Shown here: positions 57,832 through 64,000 of the stretch, piece after piece
Layout of the letters: each line of letters starts with the position of its first letter
How positions within the stretch are numbered: position 1 is the stretch's first letter
Origin: the human T2T-CHM13v2.0 reference genome, Homo sapiens
Length of the DNA stretch: 64,000 bases
Strand: one strand, 5' to 3'
Assembly: GCF_009914755.1 (NCBI RefSeq)
Contig: NC_060938.1
Notes under the pieces: generated by a model
The model's input: the letters and a program-made list of their open reading frames with translations, nothing else
Told to the model about the DNA's origin: nothing
The model's database searches: none
Made by a program: the position numbers and the translations under genes

Positions 57832-60744
57832 TTAGAGTTTGTTTATCTGAGAAAGGCTTTATGTCTCCATTTATGATGCTTAGTTTGCTCACTTTTGCTT
57901 ACCAAGCTTAATTTGGTCATTTTACAAAATCCTATGTTTCTTGAAGGCTTTGTTCATTTTTTGAAATTCTTCTTTATTTTTCTGTAACTGGATAAATTAA
58001 AAAACCAATCTTCAAGCTCTGAAATTTTTTCTTCTCCTTGATGGGCTATATTATTAAAACTTTCAACTATATTTTGAACTTCCTTCAGTAAATTTTTCAG
58101 TTCCAGAATCCATTTATATATATATTCTTTTTTATATCCTGGATTTTCTAATTTCTTTGTGTTGGTTTTCAATTTTTCTTGGTTCTCACTGAGTTTTTTT
58201 ACAATCCATATTTTGAATCTTTCTTACAATCCATATATTGAATCTTTGTCATGTTATAATTTTCATGTTGGTTAGGAATAATTGCTAAAAAGCTAGTGTT
58301 ATCCTTTGAGGGTGTTGGAACACCTGCTTCTTTGCACAGCCAGAGTTTTCATGCTGATTTTTTTTATGTAAAACACCCATCTTATGGCTGCTGCTCAAAC
58401 GATTGCAAAGCAGAATCTCTTTCCCCAACCCAAAATAGACAACTCTGTGGCTGGTTTGAGCTCCCCTGCAGGAATGTTGCCACTCTGCCCAGAGGGGAGA
58501 AAATGAGCTCCACCCTTCATGCAAGCCCAGGCCAGTCGACACACTTTCAGTGGGGAAACAGCTGCTCCAATAGTGCTGAAAAGGCTGTCTCCAAGTACAC
58601 TTGCACCAACTTTCAGGGGGAGAAGCCGTGGCTGCATCTCCAGTAGTGAATTGGGGGTAGCAGAAGCTCCACATCCATTCCCAGCCACTGTTTCCTCCTG
58701 TCTGTTGAGGTGGAACAGCACTTCCCCTCTTCACAGACGAGCACCATGCCCACCTCTCCACTGGAAGGTACACAGCCACTTTCTGGTCACAAGCAAGAGG
58801 CTGCCGAGCACTAGAGAGTGTGTGATCTGGTTTCCTTTGCTTGCAGAGGCTCTTTGGTGGACTTCAATTATCCTTCCCCTAGAGGCAATCTGTGCTGAGG
58901 GCTAGAACTCTGAGGATCCCACAGTTCCACAGAGTCCCACTGGTCCCTGTGGTTGCCACATTTCAGAGCAGATTCTATGGAATGTTTGCAGGGGATCTAG
59001 TGATGTGGAGAAACAGTGATAAGGTTCTCTGGGCAGGATAGTGGCTCACAATGGGTGCACAACCAGTATGGTGCTCATTGCTTCAGCTTGGGTTTGAGTG
59101 GAAAGCCAGCAAACCCACATGAGCTGGTTTCCAGGCGCTCTGCTCTCCAGAAGGTCCCAAATATCTGCCAACAGCAGTGCCTGGGCTTGCAAAGGTAGAG
59201 TAGTGCTCCAAAAATTCATTAGTTAACAGCCTGACACAGGGATGAGGGAGAAAATAATCACTCTTGCCTACCTTTTCCATGGAGTTCCAAAGTTCCTTGG
59301 GGGTCAGTCTCTAACAAGCTCTTTGCTGCCTTCTTTTTCTGTACCCCCAGCTTCTTCCCATGACTTTTTCAGTAGGTTTTGGCACCCTTCCCTCAGTATT
59401 CCACTCAGGCCATGATCATTCACCTGTAAAGTTAGATCTTTTTTTCTGAGTACTCATATCTGACATCTCTAGTTAGCCATCTTGCTTCTGTATTTAAACA
59501 GTTTCTGACAATAAGAAAAAGTCCAAGGAATAATAATGTATTTACTTACACATGTTCCTTTTTATTAAGAATTAAATAAGCAGGTTCTTTATTTGACTAT
59601 AATTTCAGTGGTTGTGTCAATTTATACTTTAATACTTTTTTTACTAATACTTCCAAAAAGTGAATACTCAAAAAACTTAAATGTGGTATAGATGATGGTT
59701 GTGATGATGATAATAATATCTTGGATTTTTTAGATAATACTGATAATATTTTCCAGGTTGTAGTCTGATCCAGATATTTCCCCCAAATATCCCAACGTTG
59801 GTATTAAGAAATCAATATTTCAAGGAGTTAAATCAACAGTTAAAACTACTGTGAAAATACCACATAATAAAAGGGAGAGATAACGTTTTCTTTTAAATTA
59901 TCTTGAATTTGTTTATGACAATGTATATTAAAAACCTCAAATTAGTTGGACTTATTTGACCAACCTAACTTCAAAAACACAAAAAGTGTATGTATTGATA
60001 ATTCCCTAAATTTCAAGGATTTCCAAATATTATTTTTCTTTCTCATTCAGATTTATAACTTTTTAAATGCCATTTTTAAGGCACTGGGTGTTGAAAGCAA
60101 AAACCAATTCTAGAATATTTCATTTCAGAAAGCTTTGAAATAAACAGAAAATGTTTTGACTGGCATGGCACAAAGGATGAAATAGAAATTAAACACCTTT
60201 ATTTGTTCTGCATGCTTCTTTCTCAAAAATCAGCAAGTACCACTGAATAACTCATATGATACCTTATGCTTTATATTTGCTGAATTTTTTGTGCTTCAAA
60301 TTCACACAAAACTATAGAAGCTTCAAAATGAGAAGATTCACCACTGTCACCTCTGTCTTCACTGTCTTATTAGGCTGAAAATTATTATTTTAACATAATT
60401 TAAAATATTGCATGTTTTACTAATTTAATTGATCTAAAGAAAATAAAATGAATCCACTCTCAAATTCAAATGGCTACTTTGTGTCTCAGGATGTCATTAA
60501 CATCACAAGAGTGGATCAACATGCGATTATCTTCTAATTTTCAACATTTCACCCTTATAAATAGGAGTACTTACTTACTTTATAGAATTATTTTTAGTTC
60601 CAAATTAATATACTATATGTTAGATATACCAGTCTAAGACATTAGAACATTAATATTGGGAGTTCAGGGTAGAGTTTGTGACCTATTGTACTTTCATTTG
60701 TTAGAGAAGGTGGCTTATTCTGGAATAAGTATATAATTCCTGTA

Positions 60745-60915
60745 ACTGTGAGAGCTACTTTGAATTCCAGCAATGCCCCTTATTACTACTATGAGTTCAG
60801 GTAAATTGATATCACTGAATCCTAGATTCTCCTTTGTATATAGTAATATTAAGAAATAGTTCATGTTTGATGTAAAGATTAAATGCTATACAAACATTTT
60901 ATCAAAGTTAAGATG
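60745..60915 (+). mobile_element. MIR remnant
   Basis: 'tttgaattccagc...cttattact...ggtaaatt...ctgaatcctag...gtaaagattaaatg'. Confidence 0.55.
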
Positions 60916-61274
60916 CTTTACATTGTAAAAGGCTCTCATGTCACCATTATCACTATAAATGCTGCCAATTAAGTTAGAACAATGTTTTCTAATTGTTTTA
61001 TTTTATACTTATAAAAATAGTTCTTTTTAAAAATCTTTCTGCCATGGATTTATATTGTATATATTATTATGTTGTATATAAAAGTAATAAAAACAAAACA
61101 AATTGGTCCCATTATTCTTAAATCTCCCTAGTGTACCACTCTTCTGAATCATTTTTTACTTGAAAGTGCATTTTCCCCACACTTTCTCTGTGTCATTAAG
61201 CAAATCAGAAAAGCAGCATTTCTTATACTGCTCAGGATTTTTTCCCACAAAATCCTGACTCCTATTCCATATTG

Positions 61275-61672
61275 TTTTCTTTTTATTTTAAAATAAATTC
61301 AGACTTAAAATAGAGTTGCAAAAGCAATAAAGAGCATTTCCGTGTAACTTCAACCAGCTTCTCCCAATGCTATTATCTTACATAACCACATATAATTCTC
61401 AAAACTGATAAATTAGCAATGGTTCATATTATCAAACTGCAGACTTTATGGAATTATACCAGCTTGCCCATACTCCTCTCTCTCCTGTCTTAGAATCCAA
61501 TCCAGGAACTCATAATGCATTTACTTACCCTTGTCACTTTAGTGCCCGTCATTTTGTTACAGTCCCTCAGTCTTTCCTTGTCTTTTATGCCCTTGACTCT
61601 TTTGAAGAGCAGAGGTAAGGTATTTCACATATTATCTTTTCTCATAGTAGACTGAGGTTATGAGTTATTAGG
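61275..61672 (-). mobile_element. L1MC/MD-like 3' end
   Basis: 'ttcagactta...agttgcaaaa...ccagcttctcccaatg...tcttacataacca'. Confidence 0.65.
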
Positions 61673-61677
61673 AAGGA

Positions 61678-62060
61678 TGTGGCATTCATTTTCTATTGCT
61701 CCTATGACAAATTACTATGAACTTAATGGTCTAAAACAACAAAAATGTATTAACTCACTGCCCTGTAAGTTAGAAATTTGAATAGACTCAGCTGGTTTCT
61801 CTGCCCTGGGTATAACAGACTGAAATTAATGTATTGGCAAGGCTGCCTTCCTTACGTGAAGTTCTGAGAGTCTACTTTCAACTTCATTCAGGTTACTGTC
61901 TGAATTCATATCCGGTTTCCTTGCTGACTGTCAGCCATGGTCAATTTCCACTTTTAAGGCAGACTACATTCCTTGGCTGGTACCCTCCTTCCTCCATTTT
62001 CAAAGCCACCAAATTGGGAGATCGAGTGCTTTCCATACTTCAAATATCTCTGAAGAGACA
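61678..62060 (-). mobile_element. MLT1 LTR
   Basis: 'ttttctattgct...acaaattac...aacttaatggtctaaaacaac...tctact...ctcattcagg'. Confidence 0.65.
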
Positions 62061-62084
62061 GTTAGAAGCTAGCTTTAAAAAATA

Positions 62085-62535
62085 ACATTTTATCTGCAAG
62101 GCAAGAGACAAAATGTACTGTATACCAACACTGTACTCTAGCTGGTAAATTGCTTCTCACAGGAGTATGTGTTAGCAATTCTGAAACCATTTTATGTTAA
62201 CTTAGGACTGAACAGATAAATATATTATAGATAATGGGAGTCAGGTTTTTCCACTGCTGGATAAAGAAAATAGAAATAACCAAGGGGGTAGGGGCTCAAA
62301 CAAATCCTATGATGCTGGTTTAGAGTCACAGGTATTCTTATGAACTCATATTTATATTAATGCCTATATAGAGATAGATTGGTATAGAAATACATATTAA
62401 TATGTACGTATATACATGGTAATTATACATATTTTTCAGGTCTGTCTACTAAAAGGACCTAGAAGCAGTGACACACCCATAGCAATAGGTAACACTTAGC
62501 ACCAGATCTCAGTTTCTAAATACTATTTTTAAGTC
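62085..62535 (+). mobile_element. L1MD/MC-like 3' UTR fragment
   Basis: 'ctctagctggtaaatt...ttagcaattctgaaac...agataatgggagtcaggttt...ccagatctcagtttctaaatac'. Confidence 0.6.
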
Positions 62536-63767
62536 TCCACATTTAACAATTTTTTGATCTTGCTATAAATTATCAGTGGAAGGCTTCAAGGTAACAACTG
62601 TGACTCATTTCTTTCTCAAATGATCATTGAATGATCTGACACTAAAATGTCAATTGAATTCAACTTTTGTAGCAGTTCAGGGTATATACACTATTGGTGT
62701 GGGGACAAAATATCTAAGACTCACTCCATATATATGCAATAATAAAAACTATATCACAATTTCTTCCTGGTCAATTATTGTAAAACACCATCAATTGTAT
62801 GGTGCACCTATTTTTCAGAGGAGAAAAATGTAAATTAAAAATGTGTAACTTAGAATGGATAAAATATTATGAATACAAAATGCCTGAGATCAATTAGTTA
62901 AGTCTGCGTGGATCACAACTTTATCCTTAGTTTCCTCCACTTCCTCAAAGACTGAAAAATCTGACTTCACTGCATATTTAAATGACGCTCCTACTGCAAC
63001 TTCTTTACCTCACTTCAAATCACTGACAGAAAACCATTATTATAAACAAATTGACACCCGCATAAGTGTGTATGGAAATAAATTCTCCTTTTCCCATCAT
63101 TTAAAACATTGAAAATGAACATAGAAATGAAGACATATAAATAAACATAAAGAGATAAATTTCAAGATAGAAAAAGTATAATTTTATGAATTGGTAATTC
63201 ACTATGCTGATATTTTACACACACACACACACACGCAATGCACATACATGACAGTTAAATGAGTGGCTAGATAGATAATGAGAAGTGGGGAGAGAGAGAG
63301 AGAGATGTCATTAGAACATACACCACAAATGCATTTAAGCCTTAAATCTATTTTAAACCAAATTATAATTGTTCCCATTCACTTAAGATATCTTTGCTTA
63401 AAATCACTATCATTAAATTTCATCTCCATAAAATGGTTTTATTAAAATCTAAATGTTTTTATTTTTATTAGTGAATTTTGAATTTTAACATGTTTTCAGC
63501 TTTCAAAACAATGTTGACTTTAGTCCATAATGTTCTCACATTGGATGAAGAGTTAATAGCAGTTTGTGCCACATTTCCTCCACAAATAAATCAAAAGAAT
63601 GGTTCAGAATGGTAAATCATAACCTAATACAAAAGCACACAGTAATGTCAACTAGAATTAAATGTCACCATGTATGGTTCCTTTCCATTATCAACAAGTG
63701 ACTACTGAATGAACAAATAATTATGTGGCAATAATTCAGATTCTAGGTAAAAGGACTTTTTGAAAAC

Positions 63768-64000
63768 ATTTTTTTAAATTATACTTTTAAGTTTTAGGGT
63801 ACATGTGCACATTGTGCAGGTTAGTTACATATGTATACATGTGCCATGCTGGTGCGCTGCACCCACTAACTCGTCATCTAGCATTAGGTATATCTCCCAA
63901 TGCTATCCCTCCCCCCTCCCCCCACCCCACAACAGTCCCCAGAGAGTGATATTCCCCTTCCTGTGTCCATGTGATCTCATTGTTCAGTTCCCACCTATGA
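63768..64000 (-). mobile_element. Young L1 3' end (L1PA2-type, non-Ta), continuing beyond the window
   Basis: Near-consensus L1HS/PA2 3' UTR with CpGs retained; sense strand reads 'gctagatgacGAGttagtggg' (GAG, not Ta ACA or pre-Ta ACG). Confidence 0.9.

Noticed and set aside
58285-58905. Cluster of 108-164-aa ORFs on both strands
   Set aside because: Within the degenerate L1PB-like 5' UTR; no coherent coding signal.

Overview
AT-rich, repeat-dense primate (human-like) non-coding DNA. I find no intact protein-coding gene, RNA gene or CRISPR array. Nearly all listed ORFs are L1/Alu/LTR remnants or chance ORFs. Main contents: (1) a 5'-truncated, 5'-inverted processed pseudogene of EIF4B (13074-15436) with a 15-bp TSD; (2) a full-length processed pseudogene of C11orf58/SMAP (56322-57789, minus) with a 12-bp TSD and one nonsense codon, inserted in an old L1; (3) many L1 copies from old L1M to a young L1PA2-type 3' end at the right edge; (4) Alus, MaLR LTRs and proviruses (THE1, MST, MLT1), MER44, MER58 and MIR/L2 remnants, often nested. 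I cannot support a new biological system here. The most interesting signals are retrotransposition architectures: twin-priming inversion, two opposite-strand insertions at the same TTT^AAA position, and three L1 breakpoints at the same RT motif. There are also a few palindromes in unique sequence. Subfamily names and parent-protein comparisons are from memory, not database searches, and repeat boundaries are approximate.
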